Part shown: in pieces, positions 45,714 through 54,272 of the stretch
How the letters are laid out: every line of letters begins with the position of its first letter
Position numbering within the stretch: the stretch's first letter is position 1
Source of the DNA: an uncultured Candidatus Saccharibacteria bacterium
GTDB taxonomy: Bacteria > Patescibacteriota > CALEFQ01
Assembly (NCBI GenBank): GCA_965230955.1
Contig: OZ246404.1
Span: 988,291-1,052,290 of the forward strand
Length of the DNA stretch: 64,000 bases
Direction of reading: 5' to 3'
Notes under the pieces: model-generated
Database searches by the model: none
The model's input: only the letters and a program-made list of their open reading frames with translations
What the model was told of the DNA's origin: nothing
Program-made: the position numbers and the translations under genes

Positions 45714-46562
45714 CTAAAATTTTCCCAGCCAGATAATTACCAGACTGAGCACAATCAAATAAATCGAAAAAACGTATAGCTTTTGTCGGCGCAAAAATTT
45801 TAACAGCCAGTAAATAGCCAGCCAGCCGGAAAAAGCCGCGACGAGAAAACCGACGATCAAAGACAGCAAATCATTGTTCGTGATTGAACTGCTTTGCAGT
45901 TCAATCAGTCCCAATCCTCCGGCCGCCAGTATCACGGGCGCCGAAAGCAGGAAGGAAAACCGAGCCGCGCCTTCACGGCTCAAGCCGGAGAAAACTCCCC
46001 CACTGATCGTCAGGCCGGATCGCGACAAACCCGGCAGTATCGCCAGGGCCTGCAAAACGCCGATTCCAAACGCTCCCATCCAGCCCGGTAAAATCGGACG
46101 CTCGCCCCGGGAACCGCGAGCGGCACGCCAGCGCAAAAACAATTCCACCGCGGCGAGCAAAACCGCCGTGATAAGGAAAAACATAGTGACGAACAACAGA
46201 CTATCGAAAACTTTGGCCAGCTGTTCCTGGAAAAGATAGCCGATCACCAGAGCCGGAACTGTGCCCAGCGCCAGCAGGCCGAATAATTTGGCGTCTCGGC
46301 GATCGATTTTTTCCCGTTGGGCCGGAGAAAAAACCCCGGCGATCGCTCGTCCGATAACGATCAAAATCCGCCGCCACTCGTTCCAGAAATAAATCAACAC
46401 CGCCAGCAAGGTCCCCAGATGCAAAATCGTATCAAAAGCAATCGAAGGCGAATCCCAGCCCAAAAGCTTTGGTACCGCCACCAAATGGCCGGAACTGGAT
46501 ACGGGAATGAATTCAGTCAGGCCCTGGACCAGACCGAGAATGATAGCTTGGAATAGAAGCAT
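45714..46562 (-). CDS. uppP: undecaprenyl-diphosphatase
   Basis: BacA/UppP N-terminal motif LGLVQGLTEFIPVSSSGHL; 8 TM helices. Confidence 0.85.
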   Translation of the reverse strand: MLLFQAIILGLVQGLTEFIPVSSSGHLVAVPKLLGWDSPSIAFDTILHLGTLLAVLIYFWNEWRRILIVIGRAIAGVFSPAQREKIDRRDAKLFGLLALGTVPALVIGYLFQEQLAKVFDSLLFVTMFFLITAVLLAAVELFLRWRAARGSRGERPILPGWMGAFGIGVLQALAILPGLSRSGLTISGGVFSGLSREGAARFSFLLSAPVILAAGGLGLIELQSSSITNNDLLSLIVGFLVAAFSGWLAIYWLLKFLRRQKLYVFSIYLIVLSLVIIWLGKF

Positions 46563-46571
46563 AAATAAAAA

Positions 46572-46646
46572 TTAACAGGTAACAAGTAACAGGTAACAAA
46601 TTTGGAAGTATCCTTTTTGTTACCTGTTACCTGTTCCTTGTAACTT
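46572..46646. repeat. (GTAACAR)n inverted-repeat element
   Basis: In the divergent uppP / DHH-gene intergenic region. Confidence 0.8.
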
Positions 46647-46720
46647 ATTCTATCATATCTTTTCCCCATTGACACCATTTTTGCCATTGCGTATGATGAG
46701 GGGACGTTTAAATTTCCTCC

Positions 46721-47860
46721 ATGGTACTGAGCGAAGAACAACAAATAAAAGATCTGGTGGCGCGGGCAAAAAATATTTTAGTTATAACCAAACGCGATCC
46801 CTCGGGTGATTCCGTCGGCAGTATGTTGGCGCTGTATTTGATTTTGAAAAAACTGGATAAAAACGCCACGGTCGTGGCCCACGGCACTCCCAATATACTC
46901 TATAATTTTTTGCCGAATTTCCAACACATTACTTCCGAATTATCCAGCACGCGCGACTTTGTTATTTCTCTGAATATTTCCAATACCCAGGTCGGCGAAT
47001 TCAGTTATCGCATCGAGGGCGAGCAATTGAAAATTTACATTCAGCCCCAACAAGGCTCTTTTGATCCCAAAGATGTCACTTCCGCTCTCGCCAAACCCAA
47101 ATACGATTTGGTACTGGCGCTTAATTGTCCGGATTTCGCCTATATGGGCAAGCTCTACGAAGAAAACTCCGATTTTTTCTACGAAACTCCGGTGATCAAT
47201 ATTGACCACCGCGCCAACAATGAAAACTACGGCAATATCAATTTAATCGACCTGACCGCAACTTCCACCGCCGAGATTTTGTATCGCCTGGCGCGGGAAT
47301 GGGGCGACAATCTGATCGACGCCGATATCGCCACCTGCTTACTGACCGGAATTATCGCCGATACCAATAGTTTCCAAAATGAGCGCACCACTCCCCAGGC
47401 TTTTCAAGTCGCCTCGGAACTGATTGCCGCCGGCGCCGATCAGCAGACAATCGTTCAGCGGCTCTATCGCACCAAGACTCTGGCCACTTTGAAATTATGG
47501 GGAAGGCTATTGGCTCGGATCCAATACGACGCCGACCACCGCCTGGTTTGGACCCTGGCCGATGTCCCGGATTTCACCAAGACCGGCGCCAAACCGGCCG
47601 ACCTGGAAGGCATTGCGGAAGAATTGATCGCCAATTCGCCCGATGCGGAAGTTATTTTGATTTTGGCTCGTCTCGCCCCAAAAAAAATCCGCGGAATAAT
47701 CTATACGACCAACAGCGTGAGCGCCGCTAAACTGGCCGGTCTATTTAACGGTAGCGGACACGAACGGCTGGCGTCATTCGACCTCGAGCGCGATGATCTG
47801 CTGACCGCGGAAAAAGAAGTCATCGAGACAATCAAGAAAAACCAGACCAAGAAACCCTGA
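46721..47860 (+). CDS. DHH-family phosphoesterase (NrnA-like nanoRNase/pAp phosphatase)
   Basis: DHH-domain motifs (RDPSGDSVGS, NIDHR); DHHA1-like C-terminus with GSGHERLASF (GGGH-type). Confidence 0.6.
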   Translation: MVLSEEQQIKDLVARAKNILVITKRDPSGDSVGSMLALYLILKKLDKNATVVAHGTPNILYNFLPNFQHITSELSSTRDFVISLNISNTQVGEFSYRIEGEQLKIYIQPQQGSFDPKDVTSALAKPKYDLVLALNCPDFAYMGKLYEENSDFFYETPVINIDHRANNENYGNINLIDLTATSTAEILYRLAREWGDNLIDADIATCLLTGIIADTNSFQNERTTPQAFQVASELIAAGADQQTIVQRLYRTKTLATLKLWGRLLARIQYDADHRLVWTLADVPDFTKTGAKPADLEGIAEELIANSPDAEVILILARLAPKKIRGIIYTTNSVSAAKLAGLFNGSGHERLASFDLERDDLLTAEKEVIETIKKNQTKKP

Positions 47861-47930
47861 AGCCGTTTGGCTCTGCCAATCGGGGCCGGGATATGCTATA
47901 ATATTAGCGTTAAACGCTAATTTTTATTTT

Positions 47931-49613
47931 ATGGCCAATACCGACGTAAACTTAGAAAAGGCTTTGAAACAAGCCTCCAAATCAAAATCCGTCCAGCATT
48001 CTTTGCAATCGATCAATCGCGACATGGAAGAACGGGCGGTGGAACGCAAGGCTCAAAACAGCCAGATGCACTATTTTAATCTGCACCAATTTCCGCTCAA
48101 TCCGGAAGTGGTCAGTTTAATCCCAAAAGAAACTGCGGCGGCCACCAAGGCCGTGATTTTCAGCAAGCAAAATCGAAAATTGAAAATCGGAACCACCGAC
48201 CCGACCAGTAAAGAATTACCCTCACTGCTCCAAGCGCTCCACGACCAAGAATACTCGGCGGAAATTTATTTGGTTTCCGACAGCAGTCTCAAAGACGGAC
48301 TGGACGCCTACCAGCGCGCCCGGACGCCGCAAGCGCGCGAAAAGAAAATAAAAATCGAACTGACCAAAGAAGAGCTTTCGTCTTTCAGAAAAGATATTAA
48401 AAACCTGGAAGAGCTGGAAACGAAAATCCAAAAGATGCCGATGACCAAAGTGCTCGATGTCATCGTAGCCGGCGCGGTGCAAAGCGACGCCTCGGATATC
48501 CACCTGGAGCCGGAGGAAAAACAAACCAAACTCCGTTACCGCATTGACGGCGTGCTCCAGGATGTCGCTTACCTGCCGAAAGAAGCCCATAAGCCGATTG
48601 TCAGCCGCATCAAGCTCCTCTCGGAATTAAAACTGAATGTGGTTGAAGTCCCGCAAGACGGACGGTTTACCGTCACTATCGGCGAACGGAAAATAGACGT
48701 TCGTACTTCGATTCTTCCTTCCGGCTACGGCGAAACTGTTGTCTTACGCTTGCTGGGCATCGGAGCCATGAGCCTGAATATAAATGACTTGGGGTTTGCC
48801 CCGCGCGATTACGATAAAATCAAAACCGAGCTCGATAAACCGAACGGTATGATTCTGACCACCGGTCCCACCGGCTCCGGAAAAACAACTTCGCTCTATG
48901 CTTTTCTCAATCACGTCAACAATCAAAAAATAAAAATCATCACCCTGGAAAATCCGATCGAGTATCGACTCTCGGGCATATCACAGACTCAAGTGGAAAA
49001 AGATAAGGGTTATGATTTCGCCACCGGCTTGAAATCGATTTTACGCCAAGATCCCGATGTCGTCATGGTGGGAGAAATCCGGGATTTGGAAACCGCCGAA
49101 ACGGCGCTCAACGCCGCGCTGACCGGACATTTGGTTTTCTCCACTTTGCACACCAATGATGCCGCCGGCGTCATCCCCCGCTTGATTGATATGGGAGTCC
49201 GGCCATTCATTATCGCGCCGGCCATCAATGCCGTGATCGCCCAGCGCTTAGTCCGGAAATTATGCACCGCCTGCCGCGAAGAGTACAAACCGGACGAAAA
49301 GACCATGCAACAATTGCATCGGATGTTCGACCTGCCCGGCACCACTGTCACTCTGCCGGTCATCGATAAATTGTTCCGACCCCATCAAGGCGGCTGTGAT
49401 GCCTGTCACGGCACTGGCTACAAGGGACGAATCGGCATTTATGAATTGTTTAAAATTGACCGCGAGATGGAAAAACTGGTTATGTCCGCCGCCACCACCG
49501 CCGAGATCTTCGAAGAAGCGGTCAAGACCGGCATGACTACGATGGCTCAAGACGGAATCTATAAATCAATCGAAGGTATCACTGATATTGACGAGGTGGA
49601 TCGGGTAACCTAG
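47931..49613 (+). CDS. pilB: type IV pilus/type II secretion assembly ATPase (PilB/GspE family)
   Basis: N-terminal GspII_E_N-like domain; Walker A TGPTGSGKTTSLYAF; Asp and His boxes (VGEIRDLETAETALNAALTGHLVFSTLHTND); C-terminal CxxC...CxGxG zinc motif. Confidence 0.85.
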   Translation: MANTDVNLEKALKQASKSKSVQHSLQSINRDMEERAVERKAQNSQMHYFNLHQFPLNPEVVSLIPKETAAATKAVIFSKQNRKLKIGTTDPTSKELPSLLQALHDQEYSAEIYLVSDSSLKDGLDAYQRARTPQAREKKIKIELTKEELSSFRKDIKNLEELETKIQKMPMTKVLDVIVAGAVQSDASDIHLEPEEKQTKLRYRIDGVLQDVAYLPKEAHKPIVSRIKLLSELKLNVVEVPQDGRFTVTIGERKIDVRTSILPSGYGETVVLRLLGIGAMSLNINDLGFAPRDYDKIKTELDKPNGMILTTGPTGSGKTTSLYAFLNHVNNQKIKIITLENPIEYRLSGISQTQVEKDKGYDFATGLKSILRQDPDVVMVGEIRDLETAETALNAALTGHLVFSTLHTNDAAGVIPRLIDMGVRPFIIAPAINAVIAQRLVRKLCTACREEYKPDEKTMQQLHRMFDLPGTTVTLPVIDKLFRPHQGGCDACHGTGYKGRIGIYELFKIDREMEKLVMSAATTAEIFEEAVKTGMTTMAQDGIYKSIEGITDIDEVDRVT

Positions 49614-49722
49614 GAGCAAGTAACAGGTAATAGCTAACAGGTAACAAATAAGGAAATAAATAAGAACAAGCTCGAAAAGGGCTTGTTTTTGTTACTTGTT
49701 CCCTGTTACTTGTTATTTGTCA
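49614..49722. repeat. (GTAACAR)n inverted-repeat element with nested terminator
   Basis: Between convergent pilB and the TPR gene; supplies the C-terminal codons (NNK) and stop of the TPR gene. Confidence 0.8.
49664..49691 (+). terminator. intrinsic terminator of pilB, nested in the spacer of a GTAACAR inverted-repeat element
   Basis: AACAAGCTCGAAAAGGGCTTGTT followed by TTTT. Confidence 0.6.
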
Positions 49723-51166
49723 TTTGCTCTCTCGCCCACTCGGCAATCTGTCCTTCAAAATCCCGGTCAATCGCTTTTTCGAAATCGGCTTGATCATCAT
49801 TGATCAAACCGCGGACAAAATACGCCAGCGGTTCCAGGCTGTCACGGCTGATAACCTGGTCGATCAAATTCTGAGCGGCCTCGGTCTCCCCCGCCAAATA
49901 ATAGCCCAGAGCGGCCAAGGCGTGAGTATGATTGGTCTGCCAGGAACGATCGATGGCCAAGGCGATTTCAGAAGCAGAACGAGCCTGATCCGATTTTTTC
50001 CCCAGTAAATAAACCAATGCTTCCCCGCCGGAAATGTCCCGCGGATCAATTTTATAAGCCGCCCGCAATTGTTTCTCGGCTTCGGAATAATTTTTCTGTT
50101 GAATCAAAAGACGAGCATAGTCCAAATAAACTTGGTGTTGGCGGTAGCCGAGATCAAGCGCTTTGCGATAAAGCTCGATGGCTTTTTCGGTTTGCCCCAG
50201 CCCTTGCTCCGCTTTGGCTTGAAGATAAGCGATCTGGCCGTAAGTCGGATCGGTTTTTGCCGCTTGAGTCAAAGATTCCTTGGCTGCGGAAAAATCATTC
50301 AGTTCGATTTCGGAAAATCCCTGGAGCACCCAGGCATCGCGATAATCCGGCACAATTAACAACGCCGCTTGCGCCAGTTGTCGAGCCACTTCGTTTTCTC
50401 CGACTTCGGCCAGGATCCAGCCGCGGATAATTTTCTGATAAGCCTCGACAGCGATCGTCCCTTCGGTTTGGCCGGTTTTATCCAATAACTCATTGATTCG
50501 GGCCTGCAACTGTTTCGCGCCGGCGCTAAAAGCGCCGTCATGACGCAAACTTTCCTCGACCCACTCCATCGCTGCTGCGGGATCTTTCTCTAGAGTAATT
50601 AAAGCTAAATAATAATATCCGGCTTGATTGGTAGGATCAGCGGCAATCGCTTGCCGTAAGATTTCTTCGGCCGGCGCTGATTTTCCCTGTCGGAAATAGC
50701 CTAGACCAAGCAGGCGCAACCCGCTGGGATCTTGGCGATCGCGGTCCCGGGCTTTTTCCAGGGCGCCGACCGCCAGATCGGTCCGTCGAGCCGAAAGCGC
50801 CACTTGCCCCAGCATCAACCAGGCTTCTTTATTACGCGACCGCAATTTCGTAGCCGACGTCAGCTCTTCAATCGCTTGATCATAATTGCGTTTGCGCTGT
50901 AGAATTTCCGCTCTCTTCAAATAGGCGCTATAGGCAATATTGCCGTCCAGATCTTTCAAAGACAAGGCGTAGGCGTATTCCTGCATGGCCGCCGAGTAAG
51001 CTCCCTCGCCCACCAATTTATCCCCGCGATCGACATAAATAGAGGCGATATCGTCAAAAACCCCGCTCAATTTCAAAACCAAAAAAGCGACCAAGAGAAT
51101 CGCCACTATCACGCCGACAAACACCAGCCAGCGGGGCAATTTGATTTTTTTAGGTAGCAGACTCAT
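49706..51166 (-). CDS. TPR-repeat protein with N-terminal membrane anchor
   Basis: One TM helix followed by at least 8 TPR-like repeats. Confidence 0.65.
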   Translation of the reverse strand: MSLLPKKIKLPRWLVFVGVIVAILLVAFLVLKLSGVFDDIASIYVDRGDKLVGEGAYSAAMQEYAYALSLKDLDGNIAYSAYLKRAEILQRKRNYDQAIEELTSATKLRSRNKEAWLMLGQVALSARRTDLAVGALEKARDRDRQDPSGLRLLGLGYFRQGKSAPAEEILRQAIAADPTNQAGYYYLALITLEKDPAAAMEWVEESLRHDGAFSAGAKQLQARINELLDKTGQTEGTIAVEAYQKIIRGWILAEVGENEVARQLAQAALLIVPDYRDAWVLQGFSEIELNDFSAAKESLTQAAKTDPTYGQIAYLQAKAEQGLGQTEKAIELYRKALDLGYRQHQVYLDYARLLIQQKNYSEAEKQLRAAYKIDPRDISGGEALVYLLGKKSDQARSASEIALAIDRSWQTNHTHALAALGYYLAGETEAAQNLIDQVISRDSLEPLAYFVRGLINDDQADFEKAIDRDFEGQIAEWAREQMTNNK

Positions 51167-51269
51167 ACCAGATCATCTTAGCGAACTGGAAAATAAATAC
51201 AATAGTTCCGCGCTTGACGATTATTTTTTATCCTGCTAAGACAATAGCGGAAGCAAGGAGGAAAACACT

Positions 51270-51659
51270 ATGCCCGCTAAAACCGACCGGATCAGTAATC
51301 AAGTATTAAATGAATTCCAAAGCTCGGTTGATACTTATCTGGACACATTACAAGACCCTCCCACTAAACAAGAAGTGGAGACAGTCTGGAACGAGCTGCA
51401 ACGCCTGATCAAAGAGTTTCCGCCAGAAGAATTCGGCCCAGATGCTGAATACCTGGAGTACCTGAAAAAAAGCGCTAAAAGTCTTTTTCGTTTTCCCCGC
51501 GGCCGAAGTTCGGCGCCAGCTTTCTATCAGATGCTGGCGGGAATTCTGAAAAGCATTTCCTACAACAGCACGATGATCATGCCCCGGGAGGAAGCGGACG
51601 ACCTCCCTTTACTTTGCTATCTGGTGATGGCCTCTCGGCTCTGTGTGATATTGCTTTAA
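51270..51659 (+). CDS. hypothetical protein (129 aa)
   Basis: AAGGAGG RBS 7 nt upstream; own terminator at 51673-51704; no recognisable family. Confidence 0.4.
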   Translation: MPAKTDRISNQVLNEFQSSVDTYLDTLQDPPTKQEVETVWNELQRLIKEFPPEEFGPDAEYLEYLKKSAKSLFRFPRGRSSAPAFYQMLAGILKSISYNSTMIMPREEADDLPLLCYLVMASRLCVILL

Positions 51660-51672
51660 AGAAGAATCTTAA

Positions 51673-51704
51673 CCGCCGAATGCTTCCTCGGCGGTCTTTT
51701 TTTT
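51673..51704 (+). terminator. intrinsic terminator (CCGCCGAAT...CGGCGG family)
   Basis: CCGCCGAATGCTTCCTCGGCGG followed by TCTTTTTTTT. Confidence 0.6.
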
Positions 51705-51776
51705 AAAAAAACTGGGGCACTTTAGTTTCTTAATTTAAATTTGTTTTGGATTTTGATTTTTAAGCTTTAGATTTTC

Positions 51777-52814
51777 CTACACATGAAGCCCGGGCAAAGC
51801 TTCGAGATGTTTCCATTCCCATTTACTATTTTTATGCTTTCTTTGCATGAAATACGCCGCGGCGCCGATCATGGCCGCGTTATCGACGCAATATTCAAAT
51901 TTTGGCTGATAGTATTTTACCGACGGAAACCGCCGGCCGATGTCATTTTGTAATGTCTCCCGCAATAATCTATTGGCGGCGACGCCGCCGGCCAAAACAA
52001 ACGATTTGATTTTATACTGCGCGATCGCCCGTAAGCTCTTGGACACCAAAACATCGACGGCTGCTTGTTGAAAAGAAGCGCAGAGATCATTGACTTGCTT
52101 GGCGCTCAAATTTTTCTTCTTTTCCAAATCGCGCACCTGATAAATTACGGAAGTTTTCAATCCGGAAAAACTGAAATCGTAGCCGGGCCGATCGATTAAC
52201 GCTCTGGGAAAATTAAAAGCCTCGGCCTTTCCCGTCTCGGCTCGTCGCGAAACTATCGGCCCGCCGGGATAGCCAAGTTTTAATAAATTGGCAACCTTAT
52301 CAAACGCTTCCCCCGCCGCGTCATCCAAGGTGCCGCCCAAGCGAGTGAAATGCAAATGATCTTTCATTAGCAATAATTCCGAATGCCCGCCGGAAACCAC
52401 CAGCGCGATCAAGGGAAATTTTATCGTCTCGGCCGGCAGGCCCAGCCAGTTGGCGTAGATATGCCCGACAATGTGGTTGACCGGGATCAGAGGTTTTTTG
52501 AGCGCGAGACTGAGAGACTTGGCGGTAGTCACCCCCACCAGTAAGGCCGGTAACAAACCGGCGCCTTCGACCACAGCCAGCGAGTCGATTTTTGACCAAG
52601 GCATCCGCGCTTTCTCCCGCGCCGCTTCCACTACCGGAATAATCTTTTCGATATGCGCCCGCGCCGCCACTTCCGGCACCACTCCCCCATAACGAGAATG
52701 CAGATCGATTTGCGACGCCACCACATTGGACAAAACAATACCGCCGTCGCGCACGACGGCCACTGAAGTTTCGTCACAAGATGTTTCGATAGCCAAGATG
52801 TTCATCAGTAGCAT
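51777..52814 (-). CDS. tsaD: tRNA N6-adenosine threonylcarbamoyltransferase TsaD
   Basis: MNILAIETSCDETSVAVV N-terminus; Kae1/YgjD HxxGH region (IVGHIYANWL) and GGVAANxxLR C-terminal motif. Confidence 0.9.
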   Translation of the reverse strand: MLLMNILAIETSCDETSVAVVRDGGIVLSNVVASQIDLHSRYGGVVPEVAARAHIEKIIPVVEAAREKARMPWSKIDSLAVVEGAGLLPALLVGVTTAKSLSLALKKPLIPVNHIVGHIYANWLGLPAETIKFPLIALVVSGGHSELLLMKDHLHFTRLGGTLDDAAGEAFDKVANLLKLGYPGGPIVSRRAETGKAEAFNFPRALIDRPGYDFSFSGLKTSVIYQVRDLEKKKNLSAKQVNDLCASFQQAAVDVLVSKSLRAIAQYKIKSFVLAGGVAANRLLRETLQNDIGRRFPSVKYYQPKFEYCVDNAAMIGAAAYFMQRKHKNSKWEWKHLEALPGLHV

Positions 52815-52867
52815 TTTAAGCGTTGTAAATCTCTCTGTCCACTAATCTTAATAAACCCTCAAGATAA

Positions 52868-52895
52868 TTGACGGGGAAGAATTGTGTGATAAGAT
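52868..52895 (+). promoter_or_regulatory. sigma70-type promoter with extended -10 (TTGACG-16-TGaTAAGAT) for the intergenic small RNA
   Basis: Read directly from the sequence; no + strand CDS lies downstream. Confidence 0.35.
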
Positions 52896-52901
52896 GACTC
52901 T

Positions 52902-53146
52902 ATCATTGCTTGTTCTGGCCAAGCCAGCAGGAGATGTATCGGTGTGTACAACCGGTACATTGCTCAGATCACGGCTAACCTCCAACTGATCGGAATTTCT
53001 AGGAGTCACTATGTGGGTCAACGACTGCAGGGGTCGCACCCACTCAAAGACTAACTATGTCCAGCGTCCTGCCGCCGGATCAAATTACTCCTAGACAACT
53101 TTAAGCCCAATGCCAAACTTTAGACCGATCAGCTGGAGGTTTTTTC
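52902..53146 (+). ncRNA. candidate structured small RNA (unclassified)
   Basis: A ~17-bp long-range helix (52977-52993 with 53125-53142) encloses nested helices (52999-53006 with 53087-53094; 53013-18 with 53038-43) and ends in a U-run; promoter upstream; no ORF. Confidence 0.35.
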
Positions 53147-53151
53147 ATACC

Positions 53152-53186
53152 AAAAATGCCCGCGATTGGCTGGGCATTTTATTTTT
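53152..53186. terminator. bidirectional intrinsic terminator
   Basis: AAAATGCCCGCGATTGGCTGGGCATTTT flanked by A/T runs; terminates the minus-strand gene 53194..54123. Confidence 0.55.
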
Positions 53187-53193
53187 GGCGTTA

Positions 53194-54123
53194 CTATTTC
53201 TGAGAAACCATGGGCGTTTGCTTCGGAGGCGGTGTCGGCGACTGATTTTGGGCGCGCCTTTTTTTGACCACGAAGTAAATTTTCCCGCCCGCCGCGGCGA
53301 TCATCAAACTCAGACCAATATAGAAAAAAGTGGTGTGAAAAGCCGAAATTTCTCCGATATTTCTCTCGACCGTCTGGATCACGGCAACAATAAAGATGTC
53401 CATGAACAAATTCGCCCCCTCCGTCACAATGCTCGGTAAAAACTCGGTCACAAACTGATGAGCGATATTATATGAGGCAAAACCGGGGAAACTGGCTATG
53501 AGCAGAACCAATCCCGGACTGAACAATTTTCCCCAGCCGCAACTGAAATAAATCAACCCCAAGAGAACAACCAAAGAAACAGTCAAGCTGATACCGAACC
53601 AGGTTTGCATCTGCTGATGAGTCTCGTCGGAATAAATCTGAAAAGATTGAAGTCCCTCATCCAAATATTTGGTGTAATCAACTCCGCGCAACATGGTAAA
53701 AATGGCGCTGGTTCCCCCTTCATAAAAGGGAACGGCGATATCCTGCAGCATTTTAGTTTTCAGTTGTTCGGGCGAGGATGTCAGAATTTCGCTTTCCGGA
53801 AAAAAAGATTTTAAAATTTTGGCAATGGGCCGCTCTTCCGTCGGCTCGGCCGGAGATTCCTGCTCCGCTTTCGCGGCCAATTCATTTTTGTACTCGGCAA
53901 TCAGATTCTGAATATTCCCCTCGGCCTTGGAAAGAGATTTTTCGATGGCCACGGTAATAACTTCGACCGCCCGCTCGCGATCGGTCAATTGCATGACATT
54001 GTAAAGCGCCAGGGTGGATGAAAAAACCAGCACGAACAAAATGCCCACAACCCACTTGGCATCGATAAACCACAGCGGCCGATCTTTCCGGCCGGCTGAG
54101 AAATATTTCCAGAATTTGCTCAT
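53194..54123 (-). CDS. hypothetical membrane protein (309 aa)
   Basis: N-terminal TM helix, soluble coiled segment, ~5 C-terminal TM helices, Pro-rich tail; no recognisable family. Confidence 0.4.
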   Translation of the reverse strand: MSKFWKYFSAGRKDRPLWFIDAKWVVGILFVLVFSSTLALYNVMQLTDRERAVEVITVAIEKSLSKAEGNIQNLIAEYKNELAAKAEQESPAEPTEERPIAKILKSFFPESEILTSSPEQLKTKMLQDIAVPFYEGGTSAIFTMLRGVDYTKYLDEGLQSFQIYSDETHQQMQTWFGISLTVSLVVLLGLIYFSCGWGKLFSPGLVLLIASFPGFASYNIAHQFVTEFLPSIVTEGANLFMDIFIVAVIQTVERNIGEISAFHTTFFYIGLSLMIAAAGGKIYFVVKKRRAQNQSPTPPPKQTPMVSQK

Positions 54124-54272
54124 AGTTTTTTGTTTAAATAATATTTATATTAATTATAGCAATTTCTATCTCCGGGTGCAAAACCGACAAAAGACGTTCC
54201 GGGATCATTTATTTGGATCTTTATTTCCCACGCCGAAATGATATACTTAAATAAAACGTTAACACAAAAAAT

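Noticed and set aside
13090-49722. Tandem heptamer/octamer arrays as CRISPR
   Set aside because: Units are 7-8 bp with no unique spacers of 25-40 bp, and no cas genes. They are simple tandem or inverted micro-repeats.
52902-53146. Candidate sRNA as SRP RNA, tmRNA or RNase P RNA
   Set aside because: Helix-8 GGAA/AGCAGG-type motifs, tag ORF and P-RNA boxes were not found. It is kept only as an unclassified structured sRNA.
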